Source: Lama guanicoe
Taxonomy: Eukaryota
Reading direction: 5' to 3'
Assembly: GCA_013239625.1 (NCBI GenBank)
Contig: MU054120.1
Coordinates: 496,001 to 560,000 of the forward strand
Length of the DNA: 64,000 nt
The position numbers were made by a program, and so were the translations under genes. Below the pieces are notes generated by a model, which saw only the letters and a program-made list of their open reading frames with translations, searched no databases and was not told the DNA's origin. The first letter of the stretch is position 1. Each line of letters starts with the position of its first letter. Below, one piece after another: positions 1 through 12,035 of this stretch.

Positions 1-118
1 TCTCATTTAAGCCCATCCTTGACCATTAAACTAAACAGTCGATGCACCATAGAAAACCAGATTCTCAGGTCTGATGTTTTGTAGTGTGATCAATTACTCT
101 GTCTCGATCAGCTTATAA

Positions 119-138
119 ATGAGACCTATAGGTCTCAT
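119..138. repeat. Perfect 20-bp palindrome ATGAGACCTATAGGTCTCAT
   Basis: Sequence equals its own reverse complement. Confidence 0.95.
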
Positions 139-979
139 CTTATTCATAAACATGCAACCATTGGATATTTAAAATGTTTTTGAAAGTGTTGAAACTAACA
201 TCATTCTATTCAATTAAGAGACATGAAACGTAGCATATAGATGAATAAAAAGCTTAAATACTGTTTTTCTAAGGAATATTTAAAAATCTAATCCTTTTCT
301 TATTTTAGGCCAACCTTATTTTCTCCTCATCCTTCTGGTAGGCACTGTATGTGGCTAGCTTAAGCATTACACCTACCATTAGTAATTAATATTCAACTGA
401 AAAACATTGTCCAGAAAAACCCAAACTTGAAAACTATTTTTGGAATAGAAATTTTGAAGAGAATATTTTCAGCTTTTCCATTATGTAGCATTTCAATAGT
501 GTTTAGAATTTGAAATGCATTTTGCAAGTTTTTTAAATTTCCACAATACCATTGTGAAGAAAGTAGGTGGTGTGCATTGTGTGACGACAATTAGCTACCA
601 GTGGAATATTTTAAATTACATTTTATGGATAATAGTTTCAAACTGGTTATTATTAAAAGATAAATTAAAGTTTATGTGCTAAGCTCTCAACCAAGAGAGT
701 ATATTGATAACTTGAGACTATATTGTTATGATTGGTATTTAGATTTTGAGGATAAACAATCTCATGATATGAAAGTAGGATAATCTGGGACCTTAAGCTT
801 CAGCACAACAAGAATTTCTCTCAGCGTAGCTTTAGCTCTGCAATGCTAAAGCAAGCTTACCAAATATTTCTGAGGGTATACAATATATATATTTGAGCTG
901 ATAAAATTATAACTAATTGGTAGTAGGAAAGGGAAAGAAGGAGTAGGAGGAAGAAGAGCAAAAAGGAGAATTACTTTAG

Positions 980-1095
980 GTTACAGAGCATTTTTAAGAT
1001 ACATTATCACCTAAAATTCCTATGAAATGGATATTATTTTATTTCTGTTTTACAGATAAGGACACTGACGCCCAAATTTTAAGTGAGTTACCTAA
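980..1095 (-). mobile_element. MIR SINE fragment
   Basis: TTTTACAGATAAGGACACTGA...TAAGTGAGTTACCTAA resembles the reverse-complemented MIR core (TTTTACAGATGAGGAAACTGAGG...TAAGTGACTTGCCCAA). Confidence 0.7.
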
Positions 1096-2139
1096 CTCAC
1101 TTAAATGCATATATAAATGTCATTGGAACCACATGAAATCAGTATTGTAGGATAAATACCATTATTTTCAATATCTCTTAAGATACTCAAGTGTATGTGT
1201 GTATTTGCTAAATCACTTCAGCATCAGTGAATAATCATTTTGCCATATGCTCCCAAAGTGAAATGAAAATATAGTCTATTTCCAACAGCTCAAGCTTTAT
1301 AATCATTTTATAACATTTAGAGAGTGTAACAAGAAACCTTTTCTCTTGGGCCATATTCAAATGATTTATGATAATATCCTTAGCAAACAGACGCATCATT
1401 ATTGTGATTAATCTCATCTGGTGACAGTACCATTGCACAGCTAAATCATCACGCTGGAAAGAAACACAATCAGTAACTCCATTTAGCGGATTTGGGGATG
1501 ATGCTTGTTCAAGTATTGCAAAATTCATATTAAATTACCTCTGTATGGCATTAAACACTGTTCATTGCCTCCTGAAGACCTCAGTCTAAAAAAGGTTAGT
1601 GATTTTCCATTTCTCTTGCATGCATGTGTTCGGACCTGTCAGCTAATTGAGATAAAACTGGTATTTGAGGAGAAATCACCCTTTTCAGTGCTGTTTTTGG
1701 GACCATTCTTTGCCTGTGAGTTTCAGGTGTGCAGTTTTTCCCTCTGGGAAATATATTTTTCATTCAACATGGTCTCATAATATTTCTATAACTCCTGAAC
1801 CTAGATGAGGTGGTGTTGCCAAGTTTTGAGCTTCCTACTTCCATTCTTTATCTAGTATATGCTACTATATATATGGTTTTATAGCATCAGTTCATTTACT
1901 GTGATTTAAAAATCAAGCTGGAATTCCATGAAACATTCAATTCTTCTGTTTCAAGAGGACCAAAAGCTGTCTCTTTTCAAGTAAACATAGAACCTTAGTG
2001 TTTCCGTCTTTATCTGTTCTGCCCCACGTGTATTGTTCCTTCTTCTCCGTAGCATGATCCATACATCTGTTATCTAATTAATATGAAGTATAGCTGTTTG
2101 TCTATTTGGCATTTCACTCATTACATAACTGTGAAATGA

Positions 2140-2353
2140 ATAATAATCTTTATAATGGTTAATGACTGAAATATGAGTGCTTACTCTGCTATGCACTTAG
2201 TTAATCCTGGCAGCAATCCACGTAACGCATGGTTTCATTATACGTGAGAAACGAGGAAACTGAAACAACAGAGAAAGATTAAGTATCACAGTGGTGAAGC
2301 CAGAATTTAATCCCAAGCAGCCTGATTTCAGGGTCAGTGTCCTACAGCACTGT
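2140..2353 (-). mobile_element. MIR SINE
   Basis: GAGTGCTTACT...GAGGAAACTGAA...AGCCAGAATTTAATCCCAAGCAGCCTGATTTCAG follows the MIR reverse strand. Confidence 0.7.
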
Positions 2354-3179
2354 CCCGCAACCCTGTTTTGCTTGAGAGGGCTTTTGGCATCTAGGAATTA
2401 GTGGTTCTTAATTTCCAAGACTGTTTTATGACTTTTAATTTTTAAAAACATTTATTGGAGTATAGTTGATTTACAATGTTGTGCTAGTTTCAGGTGTATA
2501 GCAAAGTGTTTCAGTTGTACATACATATATTCCTTTTCCAGTTCTTTCCATTTATAGGTTATTTGAAGATATTAAATGTAGTTCACTGTGCTATATAGAA
2601 GGACCTTGTTGTTTATCTTATATATAGTAGGTAGTATCTGCAAATCTCAAACTCCCAATTTATCCATCCCCACACTTTACCCTTTGGTAAAAATTGTTTT
2701 CTATGTCTGTGAGTCTATTTTTTCTTCTTTTTTGTAGTATAGTTGATTTACAGTGTTGTGTTAGTTTCTGGTGTACAGTATAGTGATTCAATTATACATA
2801 TATATATTCTTTTTCATTATAGGTTATTACAAACTATTGAATATAGTTCCCTTTGCTATATAGTAGGACCTTGTTGTTTATCTTATATATAGTAGGTAGT
2901 ATCTGCAAATCTCAAACTCCCAATTTATCATTGTCCTCTCCTCTTCCCCCTAGTAACCATAAGTTTGTTTTCTATGTTTGTGAGTCTGTTTCTGTTTTGT
3001 AAATAAGTTCATTTGTGTAATTTTTTTTAGATTCCGCATGTAAGTAATATCATAAGGTGTTTGTATTTCTCTGTCTGACTTTCATTTAGTGTGATAATCT
3101 CTAGGTCCCTCCATGTTGCTGCAAATGGCATTATTTCATTCTCTTTTTATAACTGAGTAGTATTTCACTACAACTTCTT

Positions 3180-6100
3180 TATGCAGTCATCTGTTGATGG
3201 ACATTTAGGTTGCTTCCATGCCTTTGCAATTGTATATAGTGCTGCTATGAACACTGAGGTGCATGTATCTTTTCAAATGAGAGTTTTCTCTGGATATATG
3301 CCCAGGAGTGGGCTCACTGGATCATATGGTAACTCTGTTTTTAGTTTTTTAAGGCATCTCCATTCTCTTCTCCATAGTGGCTGTACCAATGTACATCCTA
3401 CCAACAATGTAGGATTATTCCTTTTTCTCCACACCCTCTCCAGCATTTACTGTTTGTGAACATTTTAATGATGGCCATTCTGATCGGTGTGAGGTGGATT
3501 TTTGTCAGAGAATTCTGCCTATGTTTACATGTAGGAGTTTTAGAGTATTTGGCCTTAAATTTAGGTCTTTAATCCATTGTGAGTGTATTATTGTACATGC
3601 TGTTAGAGAGTGTCCTAATTTCATTCTTTTACACTTAGCTGTTCAGTTTTCCCAGCACCACTTATTGAAGTGACTGTCTTTTCTCCATTTTATATTCTTA
3701 CCTCCTTTGTCATAGATTAACTGACCATAAGTGCATGGGTTTATTTCTGGGCTTTTTATCCTGTTCCATTGATCTCTGTGTCTATTTTGGTGCCAGTACC
3801 ATCCTGTTTTAATTATTGTAGCTTTGTGGTATAGTTTGAAGTCAGGGAGCATGATTCCTCCAGCTCTATTCTTTCTCAAGATTGTTTTGTCTATTTGGTG
3901 TCCTTTGTGTTTCCATAAAAATTTAAAAAAAATTGTTCCAGTTCTGTAAAAAAATGTGGTTGGTAATTTAATAGGGATTGCACTGAATCTGTACATTGCC
4001 CTTGGGTGGTATGGCCATTTGAATAATATTGATCTTCCAACCCAAGAACATGGTATATCTTTCCATCTGTTTGTGTCATTGTCAGCTTCTTTCATCAGTG
4101 CCTTATAGTTTTTGGAGTACAGGTCTTTTGCTTCCTAGGTAGGTATTTTATTATTCTTGATGCAATGGTAAGTGAGATTGTTTCCTTACTTTTTTTTTTG
4201 ATATTTTTTGTTAGTGTATAGAAATGCAACAGATTTCTCTACATTAATTTTGTATCTTGTAACTTTAAATTTTGTATCTTGTAACTTTACTGAGTTCATT
4301 TTTGAGCTCTAGTCATTTTCTGGTAGCATCTTTAGGATTTTCTGTGTATAGTATCATGTCGTCTGCAAAGAGTGACAGCTTTAATTCTTCTTTTCCAACT
4401 TGGATTCCTTTTATTTCTTTTTCTTCTCTGATATCTGTGGCTAGGACTCCCAGAACTATGTTGAATAAAAGTGGTGAGAGTGGGCATCCTTGTTGTGTTC
4501 TTGATCTTAGAGGAAATGCTTTCAGCTTTTCACCATTGACTATGATGTTTTCTGTTGGTTTGTCACATATGACCTTTTTTTATTGTTGACATATCTTCCC
4601 TCTCTGCCCACTTTCTGAAGAGTTTTTAATCATAAATGGATGTTGAGTTTTATTAAACACTTTTTCTGTATCTGTTGAGATGATCATATAGTTTTCATTC
4701 TTCAATTTGTTAATACAGAGTATTACATTGAATGATTTGCAGATATTAAAAAATCCTTACATCCCTGGGAATAAATCCTACTTGATCATGGTGTGTGATC
4801 TTTTAAATGTACTGTTGGAGTTGATTTGCTAGTATTTTGTTGAGGACTTTTGCGTCTATATTCATAGGTGATATTGGCCTGTAACTTTTTCTTTCTTTTC
4901 ATTTTGTTTGTTTGTTTGTTTATCTTCATCTGGTTTTGGTATCAGGGTGATGGTGGCCTCATAGAATGAGTTTGGAAGTATTCCTTCCTCTTCAATATTT
5001 TGGAGTAGTTTCAGAAGGATGAGCATTAACTATTCTCCAAGTGTTTGGTAGATTTCACTTGCAAAGCCATCTGGTCCTGGAGTTTTGTTTGTTGGGAGGT
5101 TTTGATTACTGATTCAGTTTCAGTGCTGCCAATTGGTAAGTTCATATTTCTATTTCTTCCTGGTTCAGTCTTGGGAGATTGTACCTTTCTAAGAAATTTA
5201 TCCATTTCTTCTAGGTTGTCCACTTTATAGTTATAGTTGCTCATGGTAGCCTCTTATGATCCTTTATATTTCTGCAGGTCAGTTGTAACTTCTTTTTTAT
5301 TTCTAATTTTATTGATGTGGGCTCTCTCCCTTTCTTCTTGATGAGTCTGGCTGATGGTTTACCAGTTTTGTTTATCTTTTGAAAGAACCAGCTTTCTGTT
5401 TCATTAATATGTTTTTTTAAGTCTCCATTTTATTTCTTTCTGCTTTGATCTTTATAATTTCTTTCTACTAACTTTGATTTTTGTTTGTTCTTCTTTTAGT
5501 TGTTTTAAGGGTACAGTTAGGCTGTTTGAGATTTTTCTTGTTTCCAGAGGTAAACGTGCATCGCTATAAACTTCCCTCAGGACTGCTTTTGCTACATCCC
5601 ATAGATTTTGGATCATCATGTTTTCATTTTCATTTGTCTCTAAATATTTTTGTTTAATTCCTTTTTGGTTTCTTCAGTGATCCATGGTTGTTTAGTAACA
5701 TATTGTTTAGCCTCCGTGTGGTTCTGTTGTTTTTGCAGTTCTTTTCTTGCAGTTGATTTCTAATCTCACAGCATTGTGGTTGGAAAAGATGCTTGATATG
5801 ATTTCAGTTTTCTTAAATTTATTGAGGCTTGCTTTGTGACCCAGCATGTTATATATCCTGGAGAATGTTCAATGTGGACTGGAAAAGAATAGAATCTGTA
5901 TTCTGCTTTAGGATGGAATGCTCTATAAATATCAACTAAGTCCATCTGGTCTAGTGTGTCATTTAAGGCTTGTGTTTCCTTACTGATTTTCTCTCTGATC
6001 TGTGCATTGATGTAAGTGGGGTGTTAATATTCCCCACTGTTATTGTGTTACTGTCAATTTTTCCCTTTATGTCTGTTAACATTTGCCTTATGGAATGAGG

Positions 6101-6462
6101 TGCTCCTATATTGGGTGCATATATATTTACAATTGTTTTGTTTTCTTCTTAGATTGATCCCTTGATCATTATGTAGTGTCCTCCTTTGTCTCTTGTAACT
6201 GTCTTTACTTAGTCTATTTTGTCTGATAGAAGTATTGCTACTGCAGCTTTCTTTTGATTTCCATTTGTGTGGAATACCTTTTTCCATCCCCTGATTTTCA
6301 GTCTGTATGTGACTCTAGAACTGATGTGAGTCTCTTGTAGGCAGCAAATATATGGGTCTTGTTTTTGTACCCATTCAGCTAGTCTAGTCTGTGTGTTTTG
6401 GTTGGAGTATTTAGTCTGTTTACATTTAAGGTAATGATTGATATGTACGTTCTTATTGCCAT
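3180..6462 (-). pseudogene. L1 ORF2 remnant (endonuclease + reverse transcriptase), frameshifted, with an internal deletion near 3498
   Basis: Start MAIRTYISIITLNVNRLNT from 6462. RT motif LSLFADDMI at about 4352-4378. Track ORF 3643-4095 (RWKDIPCSW...[15 protein letters not shown]...WCWEN) is ORF2-like. 3' boundary approximate. Confidence 0.9.
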
Positions 6463-6931
6463 TTTGGTATTAGTTTTGGCTTTGTTTCTGTGGGTGTTTT
6501 TTTCCCCCTCTATTGTTATCTTCTCTTATAATTTGGTGACTATCTTTAGTGTTACACTTGGATTCCTTTTTCATCTTCGTTTGTATATCTGTTATAAATT
6601 TTTGGTTTGTGGTTACTATGAGGTTTTGGTGTGGCAGTTTATATATATATGATTGCTTTAAGTTGCTGGTCTTTTAACTTCAAGTGCCTTTTAAATACCT
6701 TGCATTTATACTCTGTCGTCCCCTCAGGATGACTGTTTTGATTTCATACTTCCCGTTTGTTCTGTGTATCCCTTAACTGCTTATTGTGGATACAGATGAT
6801 TCGACTACTTTTGTCTTTTAACGGCCATACTAGTTTGTGTGTGGATGCTTTCCTGTTTACTGTATATTTGCCTTTTCCAGTGAGCTTTTCCATTTTATTG
6901 TTTCCTTGTTTCTAGTTGTGGCCTCTTCTGC

Positions 6932-7790
6932 CTAGAGGGGTTCCTTTGTAAAGTGTTGTAAAGCTGGTTTCATAGTGCTGAATTCCTTTAGCTTTTGCTT
7001 GTCTGTAAAGCTTTTGATTTTTCCATCAAACTGAACAAGAGCCTTGCTGGGTAGAGTATTCTTGGTTGTAAGTTTTTCCCTTTCATCACTTGAAATATAT
7101 TGGGCCATTCCATCTGGCCTGCAGAGTTTGTGTTGAAAATCATCTGATTGTCTTATAGGAGTTCCCTTGTATGTTATTTTGCTTTTAATATTCTGTCTTG
7201 ATTTTTCTTTAATTTTTTTGTCACTTTAATTACAATATATCTAGGTGTGTTCCTTTTAGGGTTAATGTTTTATGGGAATCATTGCACTCCCTGAATTTGG
7301 GTGGCTGTTTCCTTTCCCAGGTTAGGGAAGTTTTCAGCAATTATCTCTTCAAATATTTTTCTCAGTCCTTTTTTGTCTTCTCCCTCTGCGACCCCTATAA
7401 TGCAAATATTAGTGCATTCAGTGTTGTCCCAGAGGTCTCTGTAAAACTGTCGTCATTTCTTTTCATTCTTTCTTTTCTTTTCTGTGGTACTGATTTCCAC
7501 TACACTGGCTTCCAGCTCATTGAGCTGTTCTTCTGCCTCGTTTAGTCTACTATTGCTTCCTTCCACTATTTGTCATTTCAGTTATTGTATTCTTCAATCC
7601 TGTTTGAGTTTTCTCTATATTTTCTAACTCTGCTAAAAACTTCAAACTTCTCTGTGTATCTACTCTCCTCCTGAGTTCTTTGATCATCTTTACGATCATT
7701 ACTTGGGTAGATTGCCTTTCTCCACGTCACTTAGCTCTTCTTCAAGGATTTTATCTTATTTCTTTGTAACATATTCCTGTGCTGCCTCAT
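6932..7790 (-). pseudogene. L1 ORF1 remnant
   Basis: Minus strand starts ATGAGGCAGCACAGGAATATG. C-terminal ILYPARL...KSFTDKQKLKEF-like sequence at about 6930-7060 is typical of L1 ORF1p. Confidence 0.8.
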
Positions 7791-8987
7791 TTTGTCTAAC
7801 TTTTTATTTGTACTTTTATGTATGTAGCAGGTTAGTTATGTTTCTCAACCTTGGAGAAGTAGCCCTCTATAGGAGATGTTCTGTGCATCCCAGCAGTGCA
7901 CTCCTCTCTTGTCATCCAAAGGCCAGGGGCACCTGGTCCCAGGGTAGAGTCTGGCCTGTGTTTGTGGACTTGTGCCACAGGCTGTGGGATTGTAGTTTTC
8001 TTGCTTTCAGTGTCTTCCCCCGTTGGGCGAGGCTGGTCTAGAGGCTTGTGCAGGCTTCCCATTGGGAGGGGCTGGTGCCTGCCCACTGCTGGATGGAGCT
8101 GGATCTTGCCCTTCTGCTAGGCAGGACCATTTCTAAGGGGCTGTCTAGATTTGGCAGTGAGCCCAGGAAGTCTTTAGGCAGCCTGTCTGCTGATAGATGG
8201 AGATGTATCCTCACCTGTTCAGTTGTTTGGCCTGAGGCATTCCAGCACTGGATCCTACAGGCTGTTGGGTGGGGCCATGTCTTGGTGTTAATGACCCAAA
8301 CAAGATGTCAGCCTCTAGGAGAGTTCATGCACATGAATACTCAGCAGTATGTCTGCCACCATGTGTATGGCCCCAGGGTGAGCTACAGCTGCCCCCTACC
8401 TCCCCAGAAGGCCCTCCAAGAATAGCAGTTAGGTCTGGGCTAGGCTCCTATGAAATTACTGCTTTTGCCCTTGGTCCTGGTGAGTGTGAGATTTTGTGTG
8501 TGTCCTTCAAGAGTGAAGTGTCCGTTTCCCCTAGTCCCGTGGAGCTCCTGCAGTTAAGGCCACTGGCCTTCAAAGCCAAATACTCCAGGGCCTCCTTTTC
8601 TTGGTGCTGGGCCCCTGGGCTAAGGAGCCTGTTGCGGGGCTCAGAACTCTCACTCCTGTGGGAGAACCTCTGCAATATTATTCTCTAGTTTGTAGGTTGC
8701 CCACCCCAGGGGTATGGAATCTGAGTACATAGCATGTCCACCCCTCCTACCCATCTCATTGTTGTGTTTTCTTATGTCTTTAGTTATGGAAGATCTTTTA
8801 TGGTAGTTTCTAGTCTTTTTTTAATCGATGGCTGTTCTGCAGTTAGTTGTGATTTTGGTGTGTTTGTGGGAGCAGGCAAGCTCTGGCTCCTTCTACTCCG
8901 TCATCCTGGCCTGGTCCTGTTTTATGACTTCTTATCAGTCACATCTGGCAGGATTACATTGCTATTTAATATGTTTTATTTATCATA

Positions 8988-9579
8988 TGTGATGGTTAAT
9001 TTTAAGTGTCATTTTGACTGGGCCAAGGGATGCCCAGATAGCTGGTAAAACATTACTTCTAGGTGAGTCTGTGAGGTTGTTTCTGAAGAGATTAGTATTT
9101 GAATTAGTTATTAATTTGAGTATAAATTAATTTGAATATAAAATAAAGAAAACCACCCTCACCAATGTGGGTAGGCATCATCCAAACTGTTCAGGGCCTG
9201 AATAGAACAAAGCAAAGGAATGGTGAATTCTTTCTCTTCTCCATCAGGACAGCCATTTTCTCCTGCTCTCAGACATTGGAGCTCCTGGTTCTCAAACATC
9301 CATACTCAGTGACCCACACCAGCAGCCCTGTGCTTCTCAGGACTTCAGCCTTGAACTGGGAATCACACCTTCACCCCCTCACCCCCTCAGTTCTTGGGCC
9401 TTCGGATTTGGACTGAATTACACCACGGTATTTCCTGCTCCTCCAGCCCGCAGGTGGATCATGTGGGACTTTTGGCCTCCATAAACTGCACAGACCAGTT
9501 CCCATAACAAATCTCCTCTTACACGTATCTATAAATAATCCTGTTGCTTCTGTTTCTCTGGAGGGCTCTGACTAATAGA
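8988..9579 (+). mobile_element. MLT2-type (ERVL) solo LTR
   Basis: Begins TGTGATGGTTAATTTTAAGTGTCATTTTGACTGGGCCAAGGGATGCCCAGATAGCTGGTAAAACATTA and ends TCTGTTTCTCTGGAGGGCTCTGACTAATAGA. 5-bp TSD TCATA/TCATG (1 mismatch). Confidence 0.9.
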
Positions 9580-11135
9580 TCATGGTTGGTGTGTGCATTT
9601 CAGTAAATAAAAACCGTTCATTATCCATGCTTAGAGATCAGAGAACTGATTAAGATATTCCAAAACAGCAGATAACCCAAAATGCTTTCATATTTGGCAC
9701 ACTGTTTGATTTTTTTTTTTGCATCAGAATTGACTTTCTAAAAATATTTTTTAGACTCTAAGTTTCATGTACATAGAGATCTGTCAATGAAGCCTTACCA
9801 ATGCGCCCTCAGCAACCAGCACAGTAGCTAGACCGTAAGTGCTCAGAAAATGTTGAGTTTCATGACTAACTATTGCTATTGATATATATTGTTTTTCTCT
9901 AAAAACAAGGTGAAGTGAGTAGTTTGGAAGATTCACTGGAGATTTGTAACAGAAAAGAATCAAGTTGGACTAATGTGTAATCACCAAAGGAGAGGAATCA
10001 AGAGTTCTTTTTTCTACTCTTTCTACCCCACCTGAATTTGAGATGTTCATGTAGTTTCAATGCATTAAAAAAAAACTATGCTAGATCATAAACAGAGGCT
10101 ATAAAATTAGAAGTAGAAAATATTGTCTGCCTTGTAAAGGTTAATTGTGGTCTTAGGAGAAGGTGAAAGATTATCATCCAAAATCCTTTTTAGCCCTAAG
10201 TTTTGAGAAGTATCTTACTAATTAACTCAGCTCTTCAAAATTGGTGTAAATAAATGCTTATCAGATCAACATGTACTAACACCAAAATAAAATGAGAGGC
10301 ATTTGGAAAATAGCACTGTACTTTCTTTGATCCCGAGGCCCTCTCCCATATGGACAGCTAGCTGTAAAGCCTCCACTGACCCAAGAGGTAGCTGTCCCAT
10401 CAGAACCAGGGGGAAAACAGGCATTAAATTCAATCTGAGATATAAAATGCAATGTTTTGGAAGGCTGCCTGATCTAACTTTTCCCAGCTCTAGAGTAGTT
10501 TCAAAAATAACAGGAAACTCTCTAAGTTGCAAGAACAAGGATAAAAATAAGACCCATGGAGCTAGATCCTACCAGTGGTCTGTGAGATGACCTAGGCTAA
10601 GCTCCCTAACTCAAATTAGTGATGACAGAAACGTCAGAGGAGTTAGAGATCTGAGCGTGGAGGTTACATGCATATTTCTAGACCAGTTACCAGTTTAGCA
10701 TCTCATAGGATGTTAAGAGTTTGGCAGATGGAAAGAGGGAAGTGTATGTCATCACGAGGAGAACAGTATACATAAAAGCAAGACCTTTATATTTCCTTTT
10801 CCCCCATCATCACCATTAGGTGCCCGCATCCCCATGAATTGCTTCATGAGTATCGGTCAGGACTCTTCTCTCCAGACCACATGTAATGGACAAAAGCAGG
10901 TTTTACCACAATATCAGAGTATAGTTTGCTCATCCTTCTACCCTTTTTAGAGTCTTCCTAAAACTGCACTTCAATTATCAAATTAGTTGAAACATGATTT
11001 AATCAGGTTAATCGACGGAGCACTGATTCAAAACACAGTCTCACAAATTCCGTTGCCGTGGATGGTAAACCAGCCTGGCACTCTTTACATCTCTGAAGGA
11101 CAGTCTTCGATCAGTTCAGCTGGAAAATATTGTAC

Positions 11136-11157
11136 AGTTGGAAAATATTTTCCAACT
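11136..11157. repeat. Perfect 22-bp palindrome AGTTGGAAAATATTTTCCAACT, preceded by a direct copy of its left arm
   Basis: Self-complementary. CAGCTGGAAAATATT at 11117-11131 repeats CAGTTGGAAAATATT at 11135-11149. Confidence 0.9.
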
Positions 11158-11789
11158 TGCACACACAAAAAAATGCTAATCTTTATCCTTGTGATAAAGA
11201 TGCTAATAAAGATTGAAGAAGACCATCCCAGTTGAGATGTATATACAAATGAACTTCCAAAGAACTTTCAGGGGGACTAAAAATAAAGTTAATTTTGGAA
11301 TAAATGAAAAAAAAATTAGTATAAAGTGTTTTCAGAGCAAATAAAGTCATACAGATTTATAAAAGAAGACATGCTACAGGTAAATCCATATGATGTGAAA
11401 ATGCCACGTTATACTGTGTGAGAAAGATTCTTGACCTCCACCTGCCATTGTTTCCCAAAAGCCCAAGCGCTCTGCCGCTAGCTGGCCTTGGAAAGAGGGC
11501 CCGTTATTTTCTTGTCGAAGAGGCAGGCTGTTCTTTTGATGAGTATCTATCTTGAGGCCATTTTGCTGACACTTTATTTGATGGACTGTTCACTTTTTCC
11601 TAAGGAAGACTAAAAACGGGATTGGACTTAGTTTAAAAAAATACGAGGACATCCTTATTTCAAATGACAATTGAGTAACAGAAAATGATAAGCTGAAAGT
11701 TGATAGCGATAGTTCCATCTTCATTCAGTATCATTACGACCTTCGTCAGCCTGTTTAAATCTCACATGTACTTGGGAAAATGGACAGGT

Positions 11790-12035
11790 GTAGGATGAGC
11801 AAGGTTCAAGGCCTATAGCTGTTCTTCCTGCATGCCATGTGATCTTGGACACCTTCCTTAATTTTTCTAAGCCTCACTAACCTCATCTGTAAAATGGGAA
11901 TAATAGAAGTACAAACTTCATAAAATTTTTTTAAGACTAAATGAAATAGTGCCTTTAGAGCGTCTAGCAGAATTCTTGACACACCTTAATTACTTCAAAG
12001 ATACTAAACCCCATTACTGTAATAATAATGCACTT
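11790..12035 (+). mobile_element. MIR SINE
   Basis: TGTGATCTTGGAC...AGCCTCACTAACCTCATCTGTAAAATGGGAATAATAG is the MIR core. Confidence 0.85.

Larger units (their letters stand above)
2435..8916 (-). mobile_element. Full-length but decayed LINE-1 (5' UTR, ORF1, ORF2, doubled 3' UTR)
   Basis: TSD CTGTTTTATGACTT at 2421-2434 and 8917-8930. Minus-strand 5' end GACCAGGCCAGGATGACGGAGTAGAAGG is an L1-type start. ORF1 and ORF2 remnants present; T-rich tail at the left end. Confidence 0.95.

Noticed and set aside
3643..4095. 150-aa ORF and other L1-region ORFs (30110-30556, 30909-31133, 31320-31514) as host genes
   Set aside because: They are fragments of decayed L1 ORF2 bounded by stops and frameshifts.
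7703..8688. Overlapping plus-strand ORFs antisense to the L1 5' UTR as an ORF0-like product
   Set aside because: Mostly non-ATG starts, GC-rich sequence that is naturally stop-poor, and no recognisable similarity.
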